Origin: Eledone cirrhosa
Lineage: Eukaryota
Assembly: GCA_964016885.1 (NCBI GenBank)
Contig: OZ024743.1
Location: forward strand, 107,818,001-107,882,000
Reading direction: 5' to 3'
DNA length: 64,000 nucleotides
Shown piece after piece: positions 13,240 to 29,087 of this stretch (positions are counted from its first letter, which is position 1; each line of letters starts with the position of its first letter). Below the pieces are notes generated by a model that saw only the letters and a list, made by a program, of their open reading frames with translations, had not been told where the DNA came from and searched no databases. Made by a program: the position numbers and the translations under genes.

Positions 13240-14100
13240 ATGAAAAGCGGTTGAACTGAGCGTAAGGAACAGCTAGGTAACGCGGATAAGGGGGGGGGGG
13301 GGTGCAGGATTAGGAGGAGGGTCGGGATCGAGGAAGTGTTGGAGGGTATTGACGCCTTCGATGTGTGGAATGACGATGTACGGGGAGGTGATGTCAAGTG
13401 TCAAAAAATCGTGTGCCGGGTGGGAAGACAAATGAATCGAAGAGGCGAAGGGCTTTGTTTGTCTCTGAGATGCGCGAGAGCAGGAAGGCTAGAAATGCGA
13501 CAGCAGAGTCGAGATAAGCGGACACGAGTTTTGTGGGGTTGTGGCAGTCGGAAACGATGGGGAGGCTAGGATGTGAGGTTTAGGTAATTCGGGGGAAATT
13601 CGATGGTGGAGATGTGTGGTGTGTGGACGGTGAGGTTGATGGCAGTGGTGGGTACGAGAGATGAGGCAACGAGTTGGGGAATAGTGAAGGAAACTTGTTG
13701 CTGATGTTCGGGGGTAGGGTAGAGGGTAGCGGCGGTAGAATAGAGGGTCAAGGAACTTTCTTAGGGGTCTCCGTTTTGTGGAGTTCTGCGTGTCACACAA
13801 CAATGGCGCCGCCCTATTCCGCCGATTTGATGTGACGATATCATCCCATGTTCAGATAGAGTGGAAGGTGCCATTTTCTGCCCGGGAAATGTTCGTTATT
13901 CAGTGGTGTCTCCGAATGTCAAACCGCTACACTGCTCTGTGGCTGGTGTCCACGTATATATCCAGAGTGCTGAACTGTTCTGCGAGCTGATGTCGATAGT
14001 GATGGTTGTCGACACAGGCTGGGTATCATGAACGTGCGCCCGCATTGTCGTGCAGCACAGGAAGCTATCAATTATAATCTGTTTATTTACAACCGTGTGC
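13240..14100 (-). mobile_element. Penelope-like element reverse transcriptase relic
   Basis: Manual minus-strand translation gives IKSAE*GGAIVV (cf. KPADKGGAVVV, ~13795-13830), PIVSDCHNPTKLVSAYLD (~13510-13562) and FLTLDITSPYIVIPHIEGVNTLQHFLD...LIRVT*LFLT (~13260-13408). Many stops. Confidence 0.85.
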
Positions 14101-14178
14101 ACTTCTTGACACCATCGTTTTCATTGCTTCTCACAATACGCAGGAATATTTTGTACCTATTCTAAACCGGAATAGGTG

Positions 14179-14254
<76 letters not shown>

Positions 14255-14330
14255 AATGTGTGTAGTATATTTGGCAATATACCGTATACTAATGCATTCA
14301 TGTAAACATCGCTATTTCAGAGCACCAATA

Positions 14331-14374
<44 letters not shown>

Positions 14375-14989
14375 CACGTTTATTTATTTATTTTCCATGA
14401 TGCGAAAGCGGTTGCTGAAAGAGATATTATTATGGTTGGTAATGGTCATGCTGTCACTTTCGCAAATAAATCAAATGCACTATTTGACTCTCTGTTCATC
14501 TTTATTATTAGTTATTAATTAGTTCGTGATAGTGTTATAGTCAAACATACTGCGGTTTCTTCAATGCCCATTGATCTTTTTATTTGTGTTTCTTCTTCGT
14601 TCTCGTCATATTTTGTATAATATGTCTTGTCTTTATATGGCTCGTTTGGAAATATGACTACAAAGAAGATGAGGCGCAGGGAAGAAGAAATCTTCCCTGA
14701 ATTTGTGACGAAAAACTTTGACGAACTAAGTAATAACTAATAATAGTACTGAAGATAAATCAAATAGTTTTCAAGTTTTATATTGGCAAAATTTCAACAT
14801 GACCGTCCCTAAATATAACAATATGTATATATTCATGTATTTGTATGAGTGTGTATTTATAAGCATGTATATTTTGAGTAATGCAATAACTTGATTCTTA
14901 AGCATGTGATGTGACTTTTTAGTCCTAATAGGAATTTGCCTATGACAAAAAATGTCACATATTAAGCGATGCCTGTGCTTGAAGCTTTT

Positions 14990-15381
14990 TTAAGTGAGGT
15001 AAGTCTATGCACGGGGCCAATCCCACTCTCTGAAGATCGAATGCATTTACCAAAAAAGAAGAACTGGTCTCCATCATTGGATGCAAACGATGTCGCAGAT
15101 TTTTTATGAGAGTGACCTTCTCCTAGAGAGATGTCTTAACGAAGACTAGGGGGGTCTCTCGCTTCGCAAAAAAAAAAAAATATATATATATTGGATGGCC
15201 GTTGACTCTCTTGATTTCCTCCGCCCTTTGACGGGTTTTGTTTTCATCTCGCAGGGTATCCAAATTCACCCTCCTCACCAAGGAAGCTTGGTGGGGTTGC
15301 CGATTTAGTCGCCGATGACCCGGCCATGCACAGGTTGTACTGGGTAACATGTTACCAGTAGCGCTGAAGGGTGAGCTGACA
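14990..15381 (-). mobile_element. 5' part of an RTE-derived non-autonomous element (family of 62763-63560)
   Basis: Reverse complement matches 62805-62960 (ccccaccaagctt.cttggtgaggagggtga, gagtcaacggccatcc); abuts (CATA)n. Confidence 0.75.
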
Positions 15382-15820
15382 TATAATCATACATACATAC
15401 ATACACACCTACATACATACATTCATACATCCATACATACATGCATACATACATACATACATACGTACATATATATCTATATAGGTATGACTGCGGAAGT
15501 GAATCTCTATGATATGCTCACGTCGGAATGCATTTAAAAGAAACAGGGAAAGAAAGAACAGGAAAAGGATGGGAAGAATTAACGTATGCTTGGCTGCTCA
15601 GAAATATAATCATGTATATATTTACACACAAACACACTCACACACAGTTACACGCATACGCACACACAACATGCAGGCATACATACACACACTCACACAA
15701 ACCCATACACACATACGCACACATATGTCAATGCATAGTTGCATATACTTTAATTATACGACGCCCTCGGCACATATAATATACAAAATCACAGCAGATA
15801 AAGCATGTTTAGTCACATTG

Positions 15821-15908
<88 letters not shown>

Positions 15909-16068
15909 CGTGTGTGTGCGTGTACAATCGTTGCATTATGCACTGAATGATGCAAATAGTGCAGGAAATACTGCAACAGTTGCAGTTAAGATCATAGAGT
16001 GCATGGTGATAAAGAAAACTAAAATGTGCACTCTAGTGATCTCATAGAAAATGTGTGTGCATATGTTT

Positions 16069-16178
<110 letters not shown>

Positions 16179-17682
16179 TATATGTATATATACGTGTGTG
16201 TGTATGTGTAAAAACATGGAGAGAGAAAGAGAAACAAATCACCCATTTTCACTTTCTCTCTCTGTGTCCCCCTCTCCCTCTCTCTCGATCTGGCTATCTT
16301 TCTCTATCTCAGTATATCTATTTTAAATAGTCAACGAAGAGTAACATGCTAATGTATATATACTAGGTGCAATTGGGAAAGCTGTGGATTCCATAATGTT
16401 TCAGAGATTTGTTTCCCAACAATATGGTGCCACGTTCAATCGCAAGTCGGTGCATCTTGAGTAAATATGATTTGCTATAGCTTCGTTTTAAACCATGCCT
16501 TTTCAGGGTAATTGGGTAGTCGGGAACTGAGTGGATAAACCAGTCTTATCATGCATTATATTGCGCTGTATCTCTGTGAGAACTATCTTATTGGTACAAA
16601 CATCCGTAGAATGCTCAACCACTTATATTTTAATTTAATGTGCCTGGCTGTCCCTTTTCAATTACCGGGACAACTCATTGTTTCGAGCTGGGTGGACTGG
16701 AGTAACATCAAATAAATTGTCCCGTCCCAGTATAGAATGCTGCGCTGGGAGTCGAAATGGTGAACTTACTATTATACGGCGTGTAGAATACTTCCTAACC
16801 TGTAAGCCATGCATTTAATAATTTTTTAAAGTGTAGAGATTCTTGTATGAACTTTCATCATTTGTTTCCCGTCTAGATAAAGCAATTTAAAATCCTCTGC
16901 CCACTTCATAAATAACTGAAGTACACATTAGTTAGTGAAGTCCTACAAAAAACCAACTGAACATAAAACGATGAAATAGTAGTCACGGCTGGAAAGCATT
17001 TGATCAAAGAGCTTCTGAATAACAACAAAAGCAAGTGCACCAACAAAAGAACAAGAACAACGGCAACTACAAAACAGCTGTAGCAATGGCAGCAGCAAGA
17101 ATAATAATAAGAGCAGCAATAACATCAGTAGAAGCAACACTGTCAAAAACTGCAACAACCTAACAACAACTACTGTAGTAGCAACAACAGCAACAACAAA
17201 AACAGTTACAACAACAACAGTAACAACAGCAGTAATAGCAACAATAATAACAACACTAACACAGCAACTACAACTACAACAACAACAACAACAAGAATGA
17301 CAACAACAGTAGCAACGACATTATATCATGTTAAACGTTTTCATTTTTATATAGAAACAACGTTGATTTTCGATCCACAACCATTCATGTTCAGAAGATT
17401 TTCATTAATTACAAACGAAGCCTTGTTCAATCAGCATTATACTCTCTACCATATACAGCCTAATTAATTTGCTGACCTTTCATACTTTTGAAATATTTCT
17501 TTCATGGTTGCTGTATTTGTTTATATACTTTTTAATATATTTATTGGTTTATGGAATCTTTTGTGCTGTAAATGCCTGTATATATAGCATGCATATATAG
17601 AAATATACATATATACATACTTGGATACATATATAAAAATGTATATATATACACATACAAACGTACGTACATACATACATAC

Positions 17683-18141
17683 ATGGTGGCTGCCAACTCG
17701 TTTTCGAGTATGGCCACTACATTATATCCATGTAGGAAGACATCTACTGATGCGCTGAACGAGTGTGACTTTTTAGTCCAGCCAGCGACTTGAAAACTCT
17801 GGTACAAACACTACACTTGCGACAATTATTGACACATAGTGCTGGGCCCATGGTACCATGTGACGACAAGTGCAGAGAGATCTCCAGATATGAAGCAATG
17901 CCTGTGCCGTGAAGCTTTTATAGTGAGCAAAGGCACTGCACAAAGCCTGTCCCGCTCCCAAACCAAGATGATATTTACCAAAAAGAAGAACAAGTCAACA
18001 TCATTGGATACAATCAGGGTTGCAGGTGTTATATCAGAGTTTTCCTTCTCCTAGAATTCTGCCTTGACAAAGTCTAAGAGGTCAACTCTCCCGGTGATTT
18101 TGGATGGCCATTGACTCTTAAGAGGACCTTTGCCTTTTGAC
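17683..18141 (-). mobile_element. RTE-derived non-autonomous element flanked by (CATA)n
   Basis: Reverse complement matches 63340-63560 (cactatgtgtcaataattgtc...gttggcagccaccatg) and the gagtcaa.ggccatcc segment. Confidence 0.75.
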
Positions 18142-18183
18142 ATACATACATACATACATACATACATACATACATACATACAT

Positions 18184-18224
<41 letters not shown>

Positions 18225-18234
18225 TATATGTATG

Positions 18235-18448
<214 letters not shown>

Positions 18449-18678
18449 CATGCACACAGATATATACATGTATTTATGTATGGATAAATGCTTATATTCA
18501 TAGATATGTTTGAAAGTATGTGCGCGGTGCTCTGTGAGTGTTAGATTGTGTGTATATTGTTTTATTCCTTACAGAAATATTACTGAGGTTTTTCTTTCAT
18601 ATTAAGAGGAAAACAAAATGATGACATTTAAAAATACTCATACCCATATATACATATATACATACGTACATACATGCA

Positions 18679-18800
<122 letters not shown>

Positions 18801-18851
18801 TGTATGTATGTATATGCATGTATGTATATATATATATGTATATGCATGTAT

Positions 18852-18887
<36 letters not shown>

Positions 18888-19027
18888 GCAGGTGTGTGTG
18901 GTGTGTGTGTGTGTCTTTATTATACGATTTTAATGTATTATGTTGTTTCATGTTTTTTCGATTCTGTAATCACAACTCCACACACACTCACACACACATG
19001 CACTCACACATACACACACACACACAC

Positions 19028-19113
<86 letters not shown>

Positions 19114-20619
19114 TTATATCTATCATTTTCTTTTCCGTTGCCTTAACATTATGTCATCGCTTAGTCATCTCTTTCATATTTCCATTTTCTATATTTCTTC
19201 CTTTTTCATTTGATATTGTCATTTTTATTTAATACTTCCATTATTGTATACCTCTTCAAATCATGTTATTCTTCTATTAAAAAAAGATAGAAATTTCATT
19301 ATTAAATGTTCAATCACGAATTGCTTATGCATTGCCAGAAGAATAAATACCGCACATGGTATGAATGCTATGAGTGTTCATTTTTAACTATAGTTTTAAT
19401 GTGTATATATGCACACGTAACTTCTGGTGAAAACATAAAGCTGTCGTATTATACGGCGTTACTTGCGCCGTTTGACTCTGAAGGAACCCGTGTCTCTCCA
19501 GGAATATAACCAATGTCTTCCTTAGAAGGTGAGAGTGTATGTGCAATAGAAAAAAGTGAGAAAAAGGGATATAGAGATGGGAACGACGCTTATACTGGGT
19601 TCGAATTTATTTTAATCCACCTCGAAAGTGTGGTAGGCGAAGTTAAACTCGGCTGGCTTGCATCAGAGAGCAGAGAAACCGCGAACGGATACCGCAAAAC
19701 CATCTATCTGACACTAGCAATTCACCGCACATATTTGTTGGTAACGTCTTTGCAAAAATTTGAAGAGGCCCACTTGAAATTAGATAGGTACGCCGCTTTT
19801 CACGCTAAAATAGCGTGTGAGTGAAAATGAGTGGAGGGAAAGTGCTTGGAATGACTGTTTGTATATTTGAAAGGACCATTCTTGTCCAAAAATGTTTCAC
19901 ACTGAATCTCCAAGGGCATTACATTAATGATACAATCGACTGTGAAATGCTCAACCACTTATATGTTAATTTCACGAGAGTCCCTTTCGTTGATTGCACA
20001 ACTTGAAGACTCATCGTCGAAAGTGATAGAATTCCGTGTCATTCCTCTGTATGGGGTTGTATGATAGTGCTTGTATGTGTGTGTGTGTGGGGGGGCGGGT
20101 GGGTTATTTCTGTGTTTGTGTGTGTGTGTTTGTGGGTTTACGTAAGGCAGTGCGTCTGCGTTTGTGTATGTCAGTTTGCTCGTGTATGCTAGTCTGTGTG
20201 TATTTATGTGCGAGTGTGTGATTGTGTGTGAAGGTGCCTGACTTAGTAAGCCGGATATTCTGCTTACGATCGAAAGATCGTGAGTTCAATGCACGGAAGC
20301 CCATTGTGTTCTTTAACAAGACACTTTAATTCACGTTGCTACATTTCACTTAGCTGGCTAATCATTTGTACCAGTAATTCCATGGACCAGACATGTTCAA
20401 CTCTCCAACACAATGAATCGGCATGAGTATTAAGTTATATAGGTATGACTATGGCTCAATCATCTCTACTTTGATTTAACGAGACAAGTATTTATTTATT
20501 CGAATAACCAAAACGTTCATCGTCTTAATAGAGAGAAATCCAATTCAAGTTTATATACGCAAGTATATGTATGTTTGTATATGCTACTGTGTCATTATTT
20601 ATATATCCTAGTGCATATT

Positions 20620-23600
20620 TTTGTGTATGTTACTGTGTGTATATTTGAGTGTTTGTGCCTGTTACTGTGTGTATATTAGAGTGTTTGTGCATGTTACTGT
20701 GTGTATATTTGAGTGTTTGTGCATGTTACTGTGTGTATATTTGAGTGTTTGTGCATGTTACTGTGTGTATATTAGAGTGTTTGTGCATGTTAGTGTGTGC
20801 ATATTTGAGTGTTTGTGCATGTTACTGTGTGTATATTTGAGTGTTTTTGCATGTTACTGTGTGTATATTTGAGTGTTTGTGCATGTTACTGTGTGTATAT
20901 TAGAGTGTTTGTGCATGTTACTGTGTGCATATTTGAGTGTTTGTGCATGTTACTGTGTGTATATTAGAGTCATTGTGCATGTTACTGTGTGCATATTTGA
21001 GTATTTGTTCATGTTACAGTGTGTATATTAGATTGTTTGTGCATGTTACTGTGTGTATATTTGAGTGTTTGTGCATGTTACTGTGTGTATATTTGAGTGT
21101 TTGTGCATGTTACTGTGTGTATATTAGAGTCATTGTGCATGTTACTGTGTGTATATTTGAGTGTTTGTGCATGTTACTGTGTGTATATTAGAGTGTTTGT
21201 GCATGTTACTGTGTGTATATTTGAGTGGTTGTGCATGGTACTGTTGGTATATTTGAGTGTTTATGCATGTTACTGTGTGTATATTTGAGTGTTTGTGCAT
21301 GGTACTGTGTGTATATTTGAGTGTTTGTGCATGGTACTGTGTGTATATTTGAGTGTTTGTGCATGTTACTGTGTGTATATTTGAGTGTTTGTGCATGGTA
21401 CTGTGTGTATATTTGAGTGTTTGTGCATGGTACTGTGTGTATATTTGAGTGTTTGTGCATGTTACTGTGTGTATATTAGAGTGTTTGTGCATGGTACGGT
21501 GTGTATATTTGAGTGTTTGTGCATGTTACTGTGTGTATATTAGAGTGTTTGTGCATGTTAGTGTGTGTATATTTGAGTGTTTGTGCATGTTACAGTGTGT
21601 ATATTTGAGTGTTTGTGCATGTTACTGTGTGTATATTAGAGTGTTTGTGCATGTTACTGTGTGTATATTTGAGTGTTTGTGCATGTTACTGTGTGTATAT
21701 TAGAGTGTTTGTGCATGTTACTGTGTGTATATTAGAGTGATTGTGCATGTTACTGTGTGTATATTTGAGTGTTTGTGCATGTTACTGTGTGTATATTAGA
21801 GTGTTTGTGCATGTTACTGTGTGTATATTAGAGTGATTATGCATGTTACTGTGTGTATATTAGAGTGTTTGTGCATGTTGCAGTGTGTATATTAGAGTGT
21901 TTGTGCATGTTACTGTGTGTATATTAGAGTGTTTGTGCATGTTACTGTGTGTATATTAGAGTGTATGTGCATGTTACTGTGTGTATATTAGAGTGTTTGT
22001 GCATGTTACTGTGTGTATATTTGAGTGTTTGTGCATGTTACTGTGTGTATAGTTGAGTGTTTGTGCATGTTACTGTGTGTATATTAGAGTGTTTGTGCAT
22101 GTTATTGTGTGTATATTTGAGTGTTTGTGCATGTTACTGTGTGTATATTAGAGTGTTTGTGCATGTTACTGTGTGTATATTAGAGTGTATGTGCATGTTA
22201 CTGTGTGTATATTAGAGTGTTTGTGCATGGTAATGTGTGTATATTTGAGTGTTTGTGCATGTTACTGTGTGTATAGTTGAGTGTTTGTGCATGTTACTGT
22301 GTGTATATTAGAGTGATTGTGCATCTTATTGTGTGTATATTTGAGTGTTTGTGCATGTTACTGTGTGTATATTAGAGTGTTTATGCATGTTACTGTGTGT
22401 ATAGTTGAGTGTTTGTGCATGTTACAGTGTGTATATTAGAGTGTTCGTGCATGTTACTGTGTGTATATTAGAGTGTTTGTGCATGTTACTGTGTGTATAT
22501 TTGAGTGTTTGTGCATGTTACTGTGTGTATATTAGAGTGTTTGTGCATGTTACTGTGTGTATATTAGAGTGTATGTGCATGTTACTGTGTGTATATTAGA
22601 GTGTATGTGCATGTTACTGTGTGTATATGTGAGTGTTTGTGCATGTTACTGTGTGTATATTAGAGTGTTTGTGCATGTTACTGTGTGTATATTAGAGTGT
22701 TTGTGCATGTTACTGTGTGTAAATTAGAGTGTTTGTGCATGTTACTGTGTGTATATTAGAGTGTTTGTGCATGTTACTGTGTGTATATTAGAGTGTTTGT
22801 GCATGTTACTGTGTGTATATTTGAGTGTTTGTGCATGTTACTGTGTGTATATTTGAGTGTTTGTGCATGTTACAGTGTGTATATTAGAGTGTTTGTGCAT
22901 GTTACTGTGTGTATATTTGAGTGTTTGTGCATGTTACTGTGTGTATATTTGAGTGTTTGTGCATGTTACAGTGTGTATATTTGAGTGTTTGTGCATGTTA
23001 CTGTGTGTATATTAGAGTGTTTGTGCATGTTACTGTGTGTATATTAGAGTGTTTGTGCATGTTACTGTGTGTATATTAGAGTGTGTGTGCATGTTACTGT
23101 GTGTATATTAGAGTGTTTTGCATGTTACTGTGTGTATATTTGAGTGATTGTGCATGTTACTGTGTGTATATTAGAGGGTTTGTGCATGTTACTGTGTGTA
23201 TATTAGAGTGTTAGTGCATGTTACTGTGTGTATATTAGAGTGTTTGTGCATGTTACTGTGTGTATATTAGAGTGTTTGTGCATGTTACTGTGTGTATATT
23301 TGAGTGTTTGTGCATGTTACTGTGTGTATATTTGAGTGTTTGTGCATGTTACTGTGTGTATATTAGAGTGTTTGTGCATGTTACTGTGTGTATATTTGAG
23401 TTGTTGTGCATGTTACTGTGTGTATATTTGAGTGTTTGTGCATGTTACAGTGTGTATATTTGAGTGTTTGTGCATGTTACTGTGTGTATATTAGAGTGTT
23501 TTTGCATGTTACTGTGTGTATATTTGATTGATTGTGCATGTTACTGTGTGTATATTAGAGTATTTGTGCATGTTACTGTGTGTATATTAGAGTGTTTGTG

Positions 23601-25050
23601 CATGTTACTGTGTTTATATTTGAGTGTTTGTGTATGTTACTGTGTTTATATTTGAGTGTTTGTGCATGTCACTGTGAGTATATTAGAGTGCTTGTGCATG
23701 TTACTGTGTGTATATTAGAGTGTTTGTGCATGTTACTGTTTGTATATTTGAGTGTTTTTGCATGTCACTGTGTGTATATTAGAGTGTTTGTGCATGTTAC
23801 TGTGTGTATATTAGAGTCATTGTGCATGTTACTGTGTGTATATTATAGTGTATGTGCATGTTACTGTGTGTATATTAGAGTGTTTGTGCATGTTACTATG
23901 TGTATATTAGAGTGTTTGTGCATGTTACTGTGTGTATATTAGAGTGTTTGTGTATGTTACTGTGTGTATATTAGAGTGTTTGTGCATGTTACTGTGTGTA
24001 TATTTGAGTGTTTGTGCATGTCACTGTGTGTATATTAGAGTGTTCGTGCATGTTACTGTGTGTATATTAGAGTCATTGTGCATGTTACTGTGTGTAAATT
24101 AGAGTGTTTGTGCATGTTACTGTGTGTATATTAGAGTGTTTGTGCATGTTACTGTGTGTATATTTGAGTGTTTGTGCATGTCACTGTGTGTATATTAGAG
24201 TGTTTGTGCATGTTACTGTGTGTATATTAGTCATTGTGCATGTTACTGTGTGTATATTAGAGTGTTTGTGCATGTTACTCTGTGTATATTTGAGTGTTTG
24301 TGCATGTTACTGTGTGTATATTAGAGTGTTTGTGCATGTTACTGTGTGTATATTAGAGTGTTTGTGCATGTTACTGTGTGTATATTAGAGTGTATGTGCA
24401 TGTTACTGTGTGTATATTAGAGTGTTTGTGTATGTTACTGTGTGTATATTAGAGTCATTGTGCATGTTACTGTGTGTATATTAGAGTATTTGTGCATGTT
24501 ACTGTGTGTATATTAGAGTGTTTGTGCATGTTACTGTGTGTATATTAGAGTGTTTGTGCATGTTACTGTGTGTATATTAGAGTGTTTGTGCATGTTACTG
24601 TGTGTATATTAGAGTGTTTGTGTATGTTACTGTGTGTATATTAGAGTGTTTGTGTATGTTACTGTGTGTATATTTGAGTGGTTGTGCCTGTTACTGTGTG
24701 TATATTTGAGTGTTTGTGTATGTTACTGTGTGTATATTTGAGTGTTTGTGCATGTTACTGTGTGTATATTAGAGTATTTGTGCATGTTACTGTGTGTATA
24801 TTAGTCATTGTGCATGTTACTGTGTGTATATTAGAGTGTTTGTGTATGTTACTGTGTGTATGTTAGAGTCATTGTGCATGTTACTGTGTGTATATTAGAG
24901 TGTTTGTGTATGTTACTGTGTGTATATTAGAGTCATTGTGCATGTTACTGTGTGTATATTAGAGTGTTTGTGTATGTTACTGTGTGTATATTAGAGTGTG
25001 TGTGCCTGTTACTGTGTGTATTTTAGAGTGTATGTGCATGTTACTGCGTA
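20620..25050. repeat. 32-bp tandem satellite, ~138 copies, consensus GAGTGTTTGTGCATGTTACTGTGTGTATATT(T/A)
   Basis: Directly visible periodicity over ~4.4 kb with ATTTGAG/ATTAGAG variants. Confidence 0.97.
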
Positions 25051-25638
25051 TATCTTTGATTGTTTGTTAATGCATGCGTGTGTGTTTGCTTATCAGAGTG
25101 CGTTTGTGTATGTGCATCTTAGAACGGGATTTGTATACTATTGCATGTGTGTTAGTGCATGCTACTGCCTGTATGTTTGTGTGCGTGTGCTTCTGTATGT
25201 TTGTGTGTGCAAGCGCGTGTACGTTATTGTATGCTAGTGCCCTTGGGTGTTAGATATACTAAGGCATATGTGTTTGTGTGTGCTAAGTGTGGGTATTTAA
25301 CATGTATGTATATCTATGCAATTTAGTTTATATGTATGTGCATGTGTGTGAGTGAGGGGCGCGGCATTTCTGATCTTGCAATAATTTCTAAACTCATACA
25401 CTTAAAAGAAACATACGGCCCCACTGCCAAGAAAGAAATGTCATTATATATAAATATTGGTGTGCATACGTATATATATATGTGAGTATGTAAGTGTATG
25501 AGTGTGGATGTTTATCTGTTTATGTATGATGCATATAAGTTCATATATATTCTTACGTGGGTAAATGACATCAAAACTTACACACACACATAAACAAGTA
25601 TAAATATATATATAAATACATATATATATATATATATA

Positions 25639-25714
<76 letters not shown>

Positions 25715-25776
25715 CATATATAAATATATATATATATATGTATATATATGTATATATATATATTTATATATGTATC

Positions 25777-25871
<95 letters not shown>

Positions 25872-26369
25872 GTATACATAAATATAAAGTATTTTTAGAT
25901 TAATATACTTAGATATCATATTACAAATGTATCTATCTAGGTATTCTTATTACCTAGATTATATATGCGCGTGTGTGTGTGTGGGTGTGTATGTGTGTGT
26001 GTGTGCGTGCGTGTGCATGCTTGTGTGAGTAAAATTATATACTGTAGTGGAATCTAATAACTACAAACTATAGCAGCATAAAATAATTTTCAGAAATGTA
26101 CATAATTTTTCCGAAAATTTCTGACAAAGAATACATACATACATACATACATACATACATACATACATACATACATACATACATACATACATACATACAT
26201 ACATTCATACATATAACATTGGTGTCATATTTTCATTTTCACATAAACGAAAAATTATGTATTTAATTTTTTTTTAAATTTCATTTATATAATTTTAATA
26301 TGCTGGCTTCTGCTATGGAAATATAATTTTTATACTACTTGTGAATTTCTCTCTTTCCCATTTCTCTCT

Positions 26370-26463
<94 letters not shown>

Positions 26464-26645
26464 CTATCTTACTTTCTTTCTCTCTTTCACTGTCTCTCTC
26501 TATCTCACTTTCTCCTTCTCTCTCTCTCTCTCTCAAGTAATATTCTCCTTTCCCGACCGATCTATCTAAAAATATCTGAGCGTGTACACAAATATATATT
26601 CAAATATACACACATATTCATTTATGTATTTAAATACACAACCAC

Positions 26646-26714
<69 letters not shown>

Positions 26715-26918
26715 CGTGTGTGTGTGTTACAGCGTGCGTCTGTATCATCTCACACCACAACTACGCTCAGCGTTGTTCTCTTTATAACTTTTCTCCAATG
26801 TCTTTATTTTCGTCTTGTCAGAAACTAATCTTGTTTCCAAATCTATCTCCCCTTCACACACTCTCCCTCTTTTTCTCCTTCTCGTTTTCTCGCCTATTTC
26901 TACTGAGAAGTATATATG

Positions 26919-27008
<90 letters not shown>

Positions 27009-27092
27009 TATACATATATACATATATATATACATATATATATATACATACATACATACATATATATATATACATATATATATAGACATACA

Positions 27093-27172
<80 letters not shown>

Positions 27173-28750
27173 CATACGTATATCTATATATCTATATATA
27201 TATAGATATATAGATATATATATATATATACTTATTTAAACAGTTTGTCTTAACTCCTGTCTATTCTGAAATATATATGAAGAATCTTGGGTTCGAATAT
27301 TTGAAACCAACTAGGAAAGATAGACCCGCCAATGTCCTGAAACTAACAAGATCACGTGGCATAGTAACGATGCAAAGGTAACCAGTTATTGCTCGGGAGC
27401 AATGAACTTGGTGAATGTGGTCAGGTAGCGAGTCGCAATCGTTCAGATACTGAACGGTAAAGCTAACATCAAAACGAAGAATAGTTGATACTCAAAACAT
27501 GGTAGAAAATGTTTTTCATGATTTAAAGGAACTCCAGTTATTAGATTGGCAGGTAACGAATAGATGGACTTTATGGCCAAGTGCGATAAAAATGTTACAG
27601 TATTAGATATGAAGAGAGGTGTGATAATGTTTTGAACATAGGTATTAAGTAGGTGAGATAATTGGTATCAAAGGAGGGGAAATGAGGAAGGAAAGACGTA
27701 TAGAATTATTAACAGTTAATAATACTTTCAATTTATACACGAGACCAGTAAATTTGGGGAAGTCCAAAGTTCATTATATCAACCCTAGCAATTGAATAGG
27801 GTTTTATTTTATCAATAAAAATTGACCTCGTCAGTTTGGACCTTCAGTATATAAAGAGCCGAAACAAACAGAATATGTTATCCAACGTTTTAATAAATCT
27901 ACTAGTCCACAGCTCTTCACATTTGATAATATGAAAACAAGTGTTTGGATAAGTCTATGTAGTGTTGAATATTGCAGTAAATCAAATTTGAGACGTGTAT
28001 TTGTGGAATATTCAATCATTTATACGCTAATTGCAATGCCCAGGTAGTTCAGGTGCTCGAAGAACTGAATACTCATCGCCGAAACTGAGAGGATTCATGT
28101 TTTTATTTTAGTGATCACATTTGATCAAAAAGTAAAATGGCTTCGTTGTAAGATGGTAGAGTGGCTTCCTTCCACACCATGTCGGGTCGCTTGCTAGTAA
28201 ATGGCTTTGTGAAAAGCTGAAGATTTCATATGAACGGAACATGAATGTATCGTTAAGGAATCCACTTTTAACCATTAGTTCCCGTGTGGGATCTACATGA
28301 GGGGCATCTTAAGCATGTTTTGTTTACAATAGCCACGGGTGAATATTTGCCTTGTGATTGAAAACTGATAAGCGGAAACTGAAAACTTTTCGGATAGACT
28401 GTACCTGTAATTTAAAAGGTCAGACTTGTTCTATACAGTATCATGCTGAATCTCCCATAGAATAACGTTATGAGTACACGTATCTCTGAAAGGCTGTGAG
28501 ATGTTAACTTCATGAATAGGCTGTCCCTTAAATGGAATATTTCGAACATTCATCTTGAAACAGACAGAGGTCCTTTCTATTTCATTCTGCGTTCGAAACG
28601 TTTTACTCCCTTAACTATATTAAACGTCATCTGTTAGAGGAAAGCAAATATGTATTATTCTGATCATCTATGAATAGATTAGTCAATTTTTAAAACGGTT
28701 GACAAGTTTTTATTTGAGAGAAAATATAGCTATTATTAATAGCAGATCGA

Positions 28751-28958
28751 TGGCGGTGGATTGCTAGTATCAGTAGAGAGTTGGACACCATGCTTTGCAG
28801 CATAGACCTTTACGGTCTGAGTTCAAATCCCGCCGAGGTTAACTTTGCCTTTCATCCTTGCGGGGTCTATAAAATAAAGCACCAGTAACGTACTGTGGTC
28901 GATTTAAACGACTTTGCCCTCCCACCAAATTACTGGCCTTATGCCTATACTAGAAATC
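28751..28958 (+). mobile_element. tRNA-derived SINE with a conserved core (Meta/MESC-like) and ~19-bp TSD
   Basis: B-box gagttcaaatcc; core gccgaggttaactttgcctttcatcc...ggggtc.ataaaataaag; TSD attattaatag(c/t)agatcga on both sides. Confidence 0.85.
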
Positions 28959-29087
28959 ATTATTAATAGTAGATCGAAAGAACCTATCGAAAAACAATTT
29001 GCATGATGGCTCCAATGATGGTGTTGTTAATAGTTTCTGCTGAGCTACGACTTTGTCGTTGCTTCTGTTTTCATCGCTGTTAATAAT

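Noticed and set aside
19513-19824. 103-aa ORF or possible recombinase fragment
   Set aside because: It overlaps a degenerate minus-strand SINE core and has no real protein motif.
20620-25050. 32-bp repeats as a CRISPR array or Cys-rich protein
   Set aside because: The repeats are head-to-tail with no spacers, and the frames are full of stops.
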